In this document: one piece after another, positions 8,928 to 19,307 of the stretch
Numbering within the stretch: position 1 is the first letter of the stretch
Layout of the letters: each line of letters begins with the position of its first letter
DNA from: Mycobacteriales bacterium
Lineage (GTDB): Bacteria > Actinomycetota > Actinomycetes > Mycobacteriales > Mycobacteriaceae
Direction of reading: 5' to 3'
NCBI GenBank assembly: GCA_038234335.1
Contig: JBBSUN010000014.1
Location: forward strand, 1-32,000
Length of the DNA: 32,000 nt
The notes under the pieces: generated by a model
Seen by the model: the letters and a program-made list of their open reading frames with translations, nothing else
The model's database searches: none
What the model was told of the DNA's origin: nothing
Translations under genes and position numbers: made by a program

Positions 8928-10052
8928 TCAGGACGGGAGCTCGGCGGCGGCGATCTGCTCGCCGAGCACCTCCAGCAGCGGACCCGCGCCGGCGATGCAG
9001 CGTGCGACGTCCGGCTCGATGTCGGTGAGACGGTAGGTGCGGGAGATCCCTGCCGCCTGCAGCGTCGCGTCGGGCAGGATCGACCGGCCGCAGACCGCGA
9101 CGACCGGGACCCCGGCGGCCCCGGCGGCCCGGGCGACCCCGGTGGGGGCCTTGCCGTGCAGCGTCTGCTCGTCGAGCGAGCCCTCGCCGGTGATGACCAG
9201 GTCGGCCCCGCGCAGCGCCGCGTCGAACCCGACGAGCTCGAACACCACCTCGATGCCGGGGCGCATGCGCGCCCCGAGCAGCGCGAGGGCGGCGAACCCG
9301 ACGCCGCCCGCGGCCCCCGCACCGGGGAGGGCGCGCGCGTCGGTGCCCGTCGTGGTGGCGACCACGTCCGCCCAGTGGGTCAGCGCGGCGTCGAGGGTGC
9401 GGACCTGCGCGGCGTCCGCACCCTTCTGCGGCCCGTAGGTCGCCGCGGCGCCGGTCGGACCGAGCAGCGGGTTCGTCACGTCGCAGGCCACCGTGACCTC
9501 GACACCGATCAGGGTCTTCCGCAGCCGGTCCACCTCGAGGGTGTGCAGGCCGGCCAGCGCGGCGGCGCCGTCCTCCAGCTCGTCACCGTCGGCGTCGAGC
9601 AGCCGGGCCCCGAGCGCTGCGACCATCCCCGCACCCCCGTCGGTGCTCGCGCGGCCCCCGATGCCGAGCACGATCCGGCGGCAGCCCTGCGCGACCGCCT
9701 CGGCGAGCACCTCACCCACCCCGCGGCTGGTGGCCGTCATCGGGGCGAGCGTCTCGCCGCGGAGCAGGTCGAGGCCGCAGACCTCGGCGAGCTCGACGAC
9801 CGCGACCTCGCCCGACCGGGCGAAGCGCGTGGACCGCACGCGCCCGGTCGGGCCGGCTGCGGTGACCCCGGCCTCGTCGTACCCGGCCGCCAGGGCGGCG
9901 GCGAGGGTGCCGTCCCCCCCGTCGGCCACCGGCGAGACGGACACCGTCACGTCGGGTCGGACACGGTGGATCCCGTTGGTGAGGGCGGCACCGACCTGAG
10001 CCGCGGTCAGCGAGCCCTTGAACTTGTCGGAGGCGACGAGGACGTGGACCAC
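8928..10052 (-). CDS. glxK: glycerate kinase
   Basis: These are the C-terminal 374 aa of the 840-aa track ORF: VVHVLVASDKFKGSLTAAQV...ADGGDGT...ITGEGSLDEQTLHGKAP. GTG 10052 lies 5 nt after the gcl stop. The rest of the track ORF overlaps gcl out of frame. Confidence 0.9.
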   Translation of the reverse strand: MVHVLVASDKFKGSLTAAQVGAALTNGIHRVRPDVTVSVSPVADGGDGTLAAALAAGYDEAGVTAAGPTGRVRSTRFARSGEVAVVELAEVCGLDLLRGETLAPMTATSRGVGEVLAEAVAQGCRRIVLGIGGRASTDGGAGMVAALGARLLDADGDELEDGAAALAGLHTLEVDRLRKTLIGVEVTVACDVTNPLLGPTGAAATYGPQKGADAAQVRTLDAALTHWADVVATTTGTDARALPGAGAAGGVGFAALALLGARMRPGIEVVFELVGFDAALRGADLVITGEGSLDEQTLHGKAPTGVARAAGAAGVPVVAVCGRSILPDATLQAAGISRTYRLTDIEPDVARCIAGAGPLLEVLGEQIAAAELPS

Positions 10053-10057
10053 CGAGC

Positions 10058-11833
<1,776 letters not shown>

Positions 11834-11879
11834 GGTGGTGTCCTGTCTGGGGTTCGAGAGAGGTGTGGGTGGGGGTCGC

Positions 11880-12755
11880 TCAGCTGCCGGAGAGGCGCTC
11901 GAGCGTGCGCAGCAGGGCCGAGTGGTCCAGCCCGCCGTCGCCGGCGGCCACGGCGGAGGCCATGAGCTGGGCGACGAGGGCCGCGACGGGCGTGACCACC
12001 CCCGCGGCGCGAGCCGCGTCGACGACGATGCCCATGTCCTTGTGGTGCAGCGCGATGCGGAAGCCGGGGTCGAAGGAGCGGGTGCGCATCTTCTCGCCCT
12101 TCTGCACGAGCACGGCCGAGCCGGCGAGGCCGCCGCCGAGGACCTCCAGCGCGGCGGTGGTGTCCACCCCGTGGGCCTCCAGGAACAGCAGCGCCTCGGC
12201 GAGCAGGGCGATGTTGCCCGCCACGATGAGCTGGTTCGCGGCCTTCACGGTCTGGCCGGACCCGCTGGGTCCGACGTGCACGACGGTGCGCCCGACGGCC
12301 TCCAGCAGCGGGCGGGCCGCGGCCACGTCGTCGGCCTCGCCGCCGACCATGATCGACAGCGTTGCCGCCTTCGCCCCGGCCTCCCCGCCGGAGACGGGGG
12401 CGTCGACGTAACGCAGGCCCTGCTCCCGGGCGAGACCGGCGAGCTCGACGGTGACGTCGGGCCGGATGCTCGAGAGGTCGATGACCAGGGTGCCGGGCTC
12501 GGCACTCTCGAGCACGCCACCGGGGTCGGTGAGCACGGCCCGCACGTCGGGGGAGTCGGGAACCATGATGGCGACGACGTCGGCGCCACGGACGGCGTCG
12601 GACACCGACGTCGCGGCCCGCCCTCCTGCCGCCACCAGCGGCGCGGTCCGGTCGGGGGACTGGTTGTACCCGGCCACGGTGTGACCGGCCTCGGCGAGGT
12701 GCACCGACATGGGGCTGCCCATGATGCCGAGACCGATGAAGGCGATGGTGCTCAT
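11880..12755 (-). CDS. glxR: 2-hydroxy-3-oxopropionate (tartronate semialdehyde) reductase
   Basis: 291 aa of the beta-hydroxyacid dehydrogenase family ([13 protein letters not shown] Rossmann motif, [11 protein letters not shown]). It overlaps hyi by 4 nt. Confidence 0.9.
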   Translation of the reverse strand: MSTIAFIGLGIMGSPMSVHLAEAGHTVAGYNQSPDRTAPLVAAGGRAATSVSDAVRGADVVAIMVPDSPDVRAVLTDPGGVLESAEPGTLVIDLSSIRPDVTVELAGLAREQGLRYVDAPVSGGEAGAKAATLSIMVGGEADDVAAARPLLEAVGRTVVHVGPSGSGQTVKAANQLIVAGNIALLAEALLFLEAHGVDTTAALEVLGGGLAGSAVLVQKGEKMRTRSFDPGFRIALHHKDMGIVVDAARAAGVVTPVAALVAQLMASAVAAGDGGLDHSALLRTLERLSGS

Positions 12756-13594
12756 GCTCCGGTGCTCCTGCTCTGTTCGGACGGGGCCGAGCTCCGTCGT
12801 GCGTGGTCGAGGAAGGCAAAGCTGTCCTGCGTGGATCCGGTCGGCTTGTACTCGAGCCCGACCCAGCCCGCGTAGCCCGCGGCCTGCAGGTCGCGGAGCT
12901 GGCGGTCCAGCTCCAGGTGGCCCGAGCCGGGCTCGCCCCGGCCGGGGCTGTCGGCGATCTGCACGTGCGCGATGCGGTCCACGTGCTCGGCGATGACGGC
13001 GTCGACGTCGTCACCGTTGACCGCCAGGTGGTAGAGGTCGGCGAGGAGTGCGACGTTGTCCGCGCCGACCTGGTCGATCACGCGCAGCGCGTCGGCGGCG
13101 GTGAGCAGCGGGTAGCGGGGGGCGCCGCTGACCGGCTCGACCAGGACGGTGGAGCCGCCGGACGCCGCGGCGGAGCTCGCGGCGAGGGTCAGGTTCGCCA
13201 TGGCGAGCTCGTCCTGCACCTGTGGGGCGACGCCGTCGATCCGGTTGCCGTACAGCGCGTTGTAGGTGCGGCAGCCGAGGCGGGCGCCGAGCTCGAGGGT
13301 GGCCGCGACGTTGTCGCGCACCTCGAGCTCGCGGCCCGGCCACGACATGAGCCCCCGGTCGCCGCCGGGCATGTCGCCGGCGAAGAAGTTCAGCCCGACC
13401 AGGGCCACCCCGGCGTCGGTGACCGCCCGGACCAGGGCGTCGGCCTCGGCGTCGGTGGGCACCGCGGTGGCGAAGGGCCACCACAGCTCGATGGCGTCGA
13501 AGCCGGCCCGGCGGGCCGCGGCGGGCCGCTCCAGCAGCGGGAGCTCGGTGAACAGGATCGAGCAGTTGACCTCGAGGGGCAGCGTGTGGGTCAT
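12752..13594 (-). CDS. hyi: hydroxypyruvate isomerase
   Basis: 280 aa of the xylose-isomerase-like TIM-barrel family with an Hyi-type N-terminus (NCSILFTELPLLERPAAARRAGFDAIELWWPF). There is an ATGA overlap with the permease stop. Confidence 0.88.
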   Translation of the reverse strand: MTHTLPLEVNCSILFTELPLLERPAAARRAGFDAIELWWPFATAVPTDAEADALVRAVTDAGVALVGLNFFAGDMPGGDRGLMSWPGRELEVRDNVAATLELGARLGCRTYNALYGNRIDGVAPQVQDELAMANLTLAASSAAASGGSTVLVEPVSGAPRYPLLTAADALRVIDQVGADNVALLADLYHLAVNGDDVDAVIAEHVDRIAHVQIADSPGRGEPGSGHLELDRQLRDLQAAGYAGWVGLEYKPTGSTQDSFAFLDHARRSSAPSEQSRSTGA

Positions 13595-15057
13595 GAGGTC
13601 TCCTTGCGGGCGGACGGGGGCTCGGGGGCGGGTGCCGGTGGGGAGGTGCGGGCGTCGCGGTCGGGGACGGGCAGGTCACCCCGCTCGTCGGGCACCGCCG
13701 CGAACACCGATGCGCCGGAGCGGTTCCCGGCGGTGATCTCGTTGAACAGCACGTTGAGCAGGACCGCCGTCACCGCGGCCGCGCTGATCCCGGAGTCCAT
13801 GACCACGGCCACGCCCTTGGGGAAGGCGTCCCAGAACGTCGGCGCCGCGATCGGGATGACGCCGAGGCCGATGGAGGTGGCCACGATGACCAGGTTGAGG
13901 TTGTCGGAGAAGTCCACCTTGGCCAGGGTCCGGATGCCGCTCGCGGCGACCGTGCCGAAGAGCACGATCCCGGCCCCACCGAGGACGGGGAAGGGGATGG
14001 CGGCGACGACCCGGCCGACGACCGGGAGCAGGCCGAGCAGGAACAGGAGCGCCCCACCCGCAGCGACCACGTACCGGCTCTTGATGCGGGTGAGGGCGAC
14101 CAGGCCGACGTTCTGGGCGAAGGCGCTGCAGGGGAAGGATCCGAGCAGCGGGGAGATCGCCGTCGAGACCATGTCCGCCCGCAGCCCGTCGGCGACGCGC
14201 CGGGCGTCGACGTCGGTCTCCACGATCTCGCCGATGGCGATGATGTCGGCTGTGGTCTCGGTCATGATCACCAGGATCACGATCGTCATCGAGACGATGG
14301 CCCCGACCTGGAAGGTGGGGGAGCCGAAGTGCAGCACCGGGGGCAGCGCGACGATGGTCCCGCTGCCGACGCCGGAGAAGTCGGTCTTGCCCAGCGCCAC
14401 CGCGACGAGCGTGCCGACCACGATGCCGATCAGGATCGACAGCCGGGAGACCGCACCCTGGAACAAGCGGCTGATGGCCAGGATGATGAGCAGCGTGAGG
14501 CCGGCGAGGCCGATGTTGCCGGTGGAGCCGAGGGTCTTGCTCCCGGCGCCGCCCATGGCCCAGGTGAAGGCCACGGGCATCAGCGACAGCCCGATGACGG
14601 TGATGATCGTCCCGGTCACGACGGCAGGGAACAACCGCACCAGCTGGGCGAAGAACGAGGAGAGGGCGAGGCCGATGAGACCGGCGACGATGATCGCGCC
14701 GAACACCGGTCGCAGCCCGTCGGTGCTGGCGATGGCGACCATGGTGGAGACGCTGGCGAAGGAGATGCCCTGCACGATCGGCAGCCGGGCGCCGAAGCGA
14801 CCGATGCCGAGGGTCTGGAGCAGCGTGGCCAGGCCGCTGACGAACAGCCCGGCGGTGACCAGCAGCGCGACGTCGGTGGGCGAGAGGCCGGCCGCCGTGC
14901 CGACGATGAGCGGGGGGGCGATGACCCCGCCGTACATCGTGAGGATGTGCTGCAGCCCGTAGAGGAGCAGCTGTCCCACGGGCATCCTCTCGTCCTCGGG
15001 TCGGCCGGAGCGGACCTCCTGGGTGCGGGGCGTGGCGGTGGTGCGACGCAGCTTCAT
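13591..15057 (-). CDS. nucleobase:cation symporter-2 (NCS2) family permease, probable urate/xanthine transporter
   Basis: Multi-pass membrane protein with the QLLLYGLQHILTMYGG and AFAQNVGLVALT NCS2 motifs. The start is taken at ATG 15057 (MKLRR...), 16 nt after the uricase stop. The track start at 15129 would overlap uricase. Alternative start: 14985. Confidence 0.88.
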   Translation of the reverse strand: MKLRRTTATPRTQEVRSGRPEDERMPVGQLLLYGLQHILTMYGGVIAPPLIVGTAAGLSPTDVALLVTAGLFVSGLATLLQTLGIGRFGARLPIVQGISFASVSTMVAIASTDGLRPVFGAIIVAGLIGLALSSFFAQLVRLFPAVVTGTIITVIGLSLMPVAFTWAMGGAGSKTLGSTGNIGLAGLTLLIILAISRLFQGAVSRLSILIGIVVGTLVAVALGKTDFSGVGSGTIVALPPVLHFGSPTFQVGAIVSMTIVILVIMTETTADIIAIGEIVETDVDARRVADGLRADMVSTAISPLLGSFPCSAFAQNVGLVALTRIKSRYVVAAGGALLFLLGLLPVVGRVVAAIPFPVLGGAGIVLFGTVAASGIRTLAKVDFSDNLNLVIVATSIGLGVIPIAAPTFWDAFPKGVAVVMDSGISAAAVTAVLLNVLFNEITAGNRSGASVFAAVPDERGDLPVPDRDARTSPPAPAPEPPSARKETS

Positions 15058-15073
15058 CGGTGCTCGCCCCCGC

Positions 15074-15979
15074 TCAGCAGAGCCCGGGCGCGGCGTTCCA
15101 GGCCGTGCCGGGGTCGGAGGCGTCGTCACGCGTGACGGTGGTCTCGATCAGGCCGTAGGGCCGGTCGGCGGCGATGAAGACCTCGCCGTGGTTCTCGACC
15201 CCGAAGGGCGAGAGGTCGACGGCGAAGTGGTGCTTGTTGGGCGCGGAGAACCGGATCTCGGCCACCTCGGGGTGCTGCTCGAGCACCGAGGTGCCCATGC
15301 CGAACAGCGACTCCTGCAGGGCGTGGCTGTGGATCTCGGCGAAGCGCTGCAGCAGCGTCGCCTTGATCGCGTCGTAGGTCTCGTCCCAGGCGACGTCGGT
15401 GCCGTCGTACCGCCACCGGGCGACGAGCGAGGTCGCCAAGATGCGGTCGTCGGTCTCTGCGAGCGTCGTGTAGTCGTCGACGAGGAACCCCCGGAACTCC
15501 GAGCCGGTGGTCTTGCCGATGACCAGGTCCGAGACGCCGGAGACGACGTGCACCCGGCGCGAACCACCCGAACCGTCGACGTTGACCACGGTGTTGCGCG
15601 TCCCGCTGCCCCCGCGGACGAAGGAGTGGGCGTGACCGGCGCCGTCGACCTGGATCCGGTCCCAGTGGTACTCCTCGATCTCGACCCGGGCCCCCTCCGC
15701 GGCTGGGATCACCGACACGAAGTGGTCGGCGAGGGCGAGCGCGAAGTCCTCGATCGCGCCGATGCCCTTCTCCTTGGCGAAGGAGAAGATGGTGTTCTTC
15801 TGGGTGTCGGTGGGTAGCACCGCTCCCTGGTCGCCACTGGTGTGGGCGTCCTCGAAGCGACCGCGCAGGGCGCTCGAGACGTTCAGGTCGCGGATCTCGT
15901 GGCGGGCGGTGTCGCGGTACACGCGGAACACGCGGTTCTCGGACTTGCCGTACTGGTTGGGTCCCAGGACGATGGTCAT
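15074..15979 (-). CDS. uox: urate oxidase (cofactor-independent uricase)
   Basis: 301 aa reading MTIVLGPNQYGKSENRVFRVYRD...LPTDTQKNTIFSFAKE...SFVRGG, which are classic uricase signatures. Confidence 0.93.
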   Translation of the reverse strand: MTIVLGPNQYGKSENRVFRVYRDTARHEIRDLNVSSALRGRFEDAHTSGDQGAVLPTDTQKNTIFSFAKEKGIGAIEDFALALADHFVSVIPAAEGARVEIEEYHWDRIQVDGAGHAHSFVRGGSGTRNTVVNVDGSGGSRRVHVVSGVSDLVIGKTTGSEFRGFLVDDYTTLAETDDRILATSLVARWRYDGTDVAWDETYDAIKATLLQRFAEIHSHALQESLFGMGTSVLEQHPEVAEIRFSAPNKHHFAVDLSPFGVENHGEVFIAADRPYGLIETTVTRDDASDPGTAWNAAPGLC

Positions 15980-15980
15980 G

Positions 15981-16313
15981 TCAGCTCCCTCGGTAGGTCG
16001 AGTAGGCGAACGGGCTCAGCAGGAGCGGCACGTGCAGGTGCTGCTCCGGGTCGGAGATCGTGAAGGTCACGCACACCTCTGGGTAGAAGGTGGGCTGACC
16101 GCTGGCTGCGTGGTAGGCCGCCGTGTCGAAGAACAGTCGGTAGGTGCCCGGAGCCAGCGCGTCCGGGGCCAGGTCGCGGGCGCGGCCGTCGGCGTCGGTG
16201 GTCCCGGTGCCGACGGTGCCGTCGGTGGACTCGAGCCGGACGGGGACGCCGGCGGCGGGACGGCCGAGGGACGCGTCGAGGACGTGCGTGGTGACGAGCC
16301 CGGGGCTGCTCAC
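15981..16313 (-). CDS. uraH: 5-hydroxyisourate hydrolase
   Basis: 110 aa: THVLDASLGRPAAGVPVRLE...GTYRLFFDTAAY...HVPLLLSPFAYSTYRGS (transthyretin-like, with the YRGS C-terminal tetrapeptide). GTG 16313 overlaps the uraD stop (GTGA). Confidence 0.9.
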   Translation of the reverse strand: MSSPGLVTTHVLDASLGRPAAGVPVRLESTDGTVGTGTTDADGRARDLAPDALAPGTYRLFFDTAAYHAASGQPTFYPEVCVTFTISDPEQHLHVPLLLSPFAYSTYRGS

Positions 16314-16855
16314 GGGGTGGCCTCCCCGGTCGCGCAGGACCCGGTGGTGGCGAGTGTGCTGTCGGCGAGCTGGCGCAGGCGCAGCCGCGCGATCTGCCGC
16401 AGCTCGTCGGCGACGACGGCCCGCTCGGTCTGCTCGTCGTTGTCCAGCCGCGCCCGGGCGGCGGCGACCACCTCGGCGGCACTCAGCCCGGTGGCGCAGA
16501 TCAGGAAGACCCTCCCGAAGTGCTCCTCGTAGGCGCGGTTCGCCTCGAGCAGCGCGGTCGCGCCGGCGTCGTCGGTCGATGCCGCGGCCTGCTCGCGGCG
16601 GGAGAACGACGCCGTGGTGCCGGAACCGGCGACGCGGTCCCCGATGCGGGGGTGGGCGGCCAGCGCGCGGTCCACCTCCGTCGACGTGAGGGTGGTGGCG
16701 GCGCGGTCGCCGGCGTCGAGCAGCTCGGTGACGTCGGCGTACGGGCCGCCGTCGAGCACGGCCGCGGCCCACCGGGGGACGTCGCAGCACGCGAGGAGGG
16801 CGGCCTCGGTGCCCTCGCCCGCAGTGTTCAGCCAGGTCAGGCCGGGTGCCGTCAT
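16310..16855 (-). CDS. uraD: 2-oxo-4-hydroxy-4-carboxy-5-ureidoimidazoline (OHCU) decarboxylase
   Basis: 181 aa with the AHPRIG...SRREQA...YEEHFGRVFLICATG motifs of OHCU decarboxylase. GGAGG precedes the ATG. Confidence 0.9.
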   Translation of the reverse strand: MTAPGLTWLNTAGEGTEAALLACCDVPRWAAAVLDGGPYADVTELLDAGDRAATTLTSTEVDRALAAHPRIGDRVAGSGTTASFSRREQAAASTDDAGATALLEANRAYEEHFGRVFLICATGLSAAEVVAAARARLDNDEQTERAVVADELRQIARLRLRQLADSTLATTGSCATGEATP

Positions 16856-16869
16856 CGCTACCTCCGCTC

Positions 16870-16941
16870 TGCGGAACCGCGTTCCGCATCTCGGATCAAG
16901 GTAGGTCTGTGGCCGGGCTCACGTCAACACTTTGTTGAAAA
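16870..16941 (-). promoter_or_regulatory. candidate promoter/operators of the urate operon
   Basis: On the minus strand: -35 TTGACG (16927-16922), an 18-nt spacer, then -10 TACCTT (16903-16898). The palindrome TCAACA-N3-TGTTGA (16924-16938) overlaps the -35. A perfect inverted repeat TGCGGAAC-N3-GTTCCGCA (16870-16888) lies between the predicted start site and the SD of uraD. Confidence 0.45.
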
Positions 16942-16962
16942 AAATCTGGGGAGGTCGAGCGC

Positions 16963-17355
16963 TCAGGCTGTGCGGTCCCGGTTGAGGTAGTTGTAGATCG
17001 TGAACCGGGTGACCCCGAGCGCGTCGGCGACGGACTCCACCGACTTGCGGTACTGGAAGGCGCCCCGCTCGTCGAGCAGCCGCACCGCCCGCTGCCGACC
17101 GCTCCGGTCGAGCGTGGCCAGCGGTGCCCCCAGCTCCGCCGTCAGCTGCTCGAGCAGGCCCGCCAGCTCACTGGTGCGCTCCGTCCCCGCCAGCCGCACA
17201 CCGCCGACGACCTCGCCGTCCCACTGGAGCGCGACGTCCTCGGGGCCGAGCGCTCCGACCGGGACGAGGGTGGCGCCGATCCGCTCCACCAGCGGGGTGA
17301 TCGCGACGACGAGGGGGTGCGGCTCGGCGTGGTCCTCGTGGCGGGGCTCAGGCAC
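16963..17355 (-). CDS. helix-turn-helix domain transcriptional regulator (small, C-terminal HTH)
   Basis: 130 aa whose C-terminus KSVESVADALGVTRFTIYNYLNR is a canonical HTH. It overlaps the upstream YkoF-like gene by 8 nt and sits directly upstream of the urate operon promoter region. Confidence 0.75.
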   Translation of the reverse strand: MPEPRHEDHAEPHPLVVAITPLVERIGATLVPVGALGPEDVALQWDGEVVGGVRLAGTERTSELAGLLEQLTAELGAPLATLDRSGRQRAVRLLDERGAFQYRKSVESVADALGVTRFTIYNYLNRDRTA

Positions 17356-17599
17356 GTTCGCGCTCCGCCCGCTCGACGACCAGCGTGATCCGGGTCGCCC
17401 CCGCGGCCAGCGCCACCCGGACCACGTCGGCGAGGGCAGGCACGACGAGCTCCAGCTCTCCGGTCACCGCGGTGCCCAGCGGGCCGAAGTCGGTCTCGAG
17501 CCCGGCGGCCTGGAGCACGGCCAGCGCGCTCGTCGCGTGGCGTGGCGGGTCTGACTCGCCGCGGAAGGGCTCGGTCGTGAACTCAGCCTGGACCTGCAT
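17348..17599 (-). CDS. MTH1187/YkoF-family (thiamine-binding-like) small protein
   Basis: 83 aa: MQVQAEFTTEPF...LETDFGPLGTAVTGELELVVPALADVVRVAL, the single ferredoxin-like repeat pattern of this family. A TAGCCT hexamer lies 6 nt upstream of the ATG. Confidence 0.65.
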   Translation of the reverse strand: MQVQAEFTTEPFRGESDPPRHATSALAVLQAAGLETDFGPLGTAVTGELELVVPALADVVRVALAAGATRITLVVERAERERA

Positions 17600-17996
17600 G
17601 CGGCGAGGCTACGCACACCCACTCGGCCTGGACCGGGCTCGTCGTGGACACCCACGACCCGGGAGGCGTTCGCGCCGATCGCGTCGATGACGGTGGCCGG
17701 GCTGCGCGAGCACCTGCTGGTGGCCACGCGCTCGGCGGACTCCGCGCCGGTCCCCGAGAGGACGTCGCCGGAGCGCAGCAGGGTGGCACGGGCGAGCAGC
17801 GTCGCGAACCGGTGGCGGCGCCCCGCCGGGGAGCCGTGCCGGACCGTGATCGGGTGATCGTCACCGTCCCGGCCGGGGCCGTCAACGCCTGTGCGCGAGC
17901 CGCCGAGTCCATGGTGCACGATGGTGTGGCATGCGTCACTGACGATGTGTGCCGACCCCTCCCCCGAGCGGTCGCAGCCCCACCCAGGAGGTCCCC

Positions 17997-19214
17997 ATGG
18001 CAGGCAACCGCGGCGTCGCGTACATCTCCCCGGGCAAGGTCGAGGTGCAGACCATCGACTACCCCAAGCTCGAGCTGCAGGACGGTCCGGGGGTCAACCC
18101 GGCCAACGTCGGCCGCAAGCTCAACCACGGCGTCATCCTCAAGGTGCTGAGCACCAACATCTGCGGCTCCGACCAGCACATGGTCCGCGGTCGCACCACC
18201 GCGCCGCCGAACCTGGTGCTCGGCCACGAGATCCTCGGCGAGGTCGTCGAGGCCGGCTCCGACGTGGAGTTCATCAAGGTCGGCGACGTGTGCTCGGTGC
18301 CGTTCAACATCGCCTGCGGGCGCTGTCGCAACTGCAAGGAGGGCAAGACCGGGATCTGTCTCAACGTGAACCCGGCCCGTCCCGGTGCGGCCTACGGCTA
18401 CGTCGACATGGGTGGTTGGGTCGGCGGGCAGGCGGAGTACGTGACGGTGCCCTACGCCGACTGGAACCTGCTGGCCTTTCCCGACAAGGACCAGGCGATG
18501 GAGAAGATCCTCGACCTCACGATGCTGTCGGACATCTTCCCGACCGGCTTCCACGGCGCGGTCACCGCGGGGGTGAAGCCCGGCTCCACGGTGTACATCG
18601 CCGGGGCCGGTCCGGTGGGGCTCGCCGCCGCCGTCGGGGCGCAGCTGCTCGGCGCCTCCGTCGTCATCGTCGCCGACCTCAACCCCGACCGGCTGGCCCA
18701 GGCCCGCAGCTTCGGCTGCGAGACCGTGGACGTGTCCAAGGGCTCCCCGCAGGACCAGATCCTGCAGATCCTCGGGGTGCCGGAGGTGGACTCCGCCGTT
18801 GACGCGGTGGGCTTCGAGGCCCGTGGGCACGGCGACGGTGCGGCCACCGAGGCTCCGGCCACGGTGCTGAACTCGCTCATGGACGTCACCGCGGCCGGCG
18901 GTGCGATCGGCATCCCCGGGCTCTACGTCACCGGTGACCCCGGGGGCATCGACGAGGCGGCCAAGGTCGGGGCACTCTCGCTGAGCCTGGGCACCGGGTG
19001 GGCGAAGTCGCTCTCCTTCACCACCGGCCAGTGTCCCGTCATGAAGTACAACCTGGGCCTGATGAAGGCGATCCTCGCCGAGAAGGTGCAGATCGCGAAG
19101 GCCGTGAACGCCACGGTGATCTCGCTCGACGAGGCGCCCCAGGGCTACGCCGACTTCGACAAGGGTGCGGCGCAGAAGTACGTCATCGACCCGCACGGCT
19201 CCATCGCCGCCTGA
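17997..19214 (+). CDS. fdhA: glutathione-independent formaldehyde dehydrogenase (Zn-dependent MDR)
   Basis: MAGNRGVAYISPGKVEVQTIDYPKL...STNICGSDQHMVRGRT...GHEILGEV...CGRCRNCKEG is highly characteristic. ATG 17997 lies behind AGGAGG (17984-17989). The track start at 17949 lacks an SD. Confidence 0.9.
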   Translation: MAGNRGVAYISPGKVEVQTIDYPKLELQDGPGVNPANVGRKLNHGVILKVLSTNICGSDQHMVRGRTTAPPNLVLGHEILGEVVEAGSDVEFIKVGDVCSVPFNIACGRCRNCKEGKTGICLNVNPARPGAAYGYVDMGGWVGGQAEYVTVPYADWNLLAFPDKDQAMEKILDLTMLSDIFPTGFHGAVTAGVKPGSTVYIAGAGPVGLAAAVGAQLLGASVVIVADLNPDRLAQARSFGCETVDVSKGSPQDQILQILGVPEVDSAVDAVGFEARGHGDGAATEAPATVLNSLMDVTAAGGAIGIPGLYVTGDPGGIDEAAKVGALSLSLGTGWAKSLSFTTGQCPVMKYNLGLMKAILAEKVQIAKAVNATVISLDEAPQGYADFDKGAAQKYVIDPHGSIAA

Positions 19215-19234
19215 GTCGGCACCCGTTCCGTGAT

Positions 19235-19285
19235 CCTCGCCCTCGTCACTGTTCCCCGCCCCGGGAAACCGTGACGAGGGCGAGG
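19235..19285. terminator. bidirectional hairpin terminator between convergent fdhA and MFS genes
   Basis: A perfect 15-bp inverted repeat, CCTCGCCCTCGTCAC (19235-19249) and GTGACGAGGGCGAGG (19271-19285), flanks a 21-nt loop that itself contains TTCCC...GGGAA. By my estimate, chance expectation of a 15-bp perfect inverted repeat in this window is well below 0.01. There is no strong U-tract, which is common in high-GC actinobacteria. Confidence 0.6.
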
Positions 19286-19307
19286 TTCGAGGGGGCTCGG
19301 GCCCCGC

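Noticed and set aside
17600-17700. TPP riboswitch upstream of the thiamine-binding-like (YkoF family) gene
   Set aside because: No CUGAGA/ACCUGA-type conserved TPP riboswitch core is visible. In addition, the -10-like hexamer sits only 6 nt from the ATG, leaving no leader.
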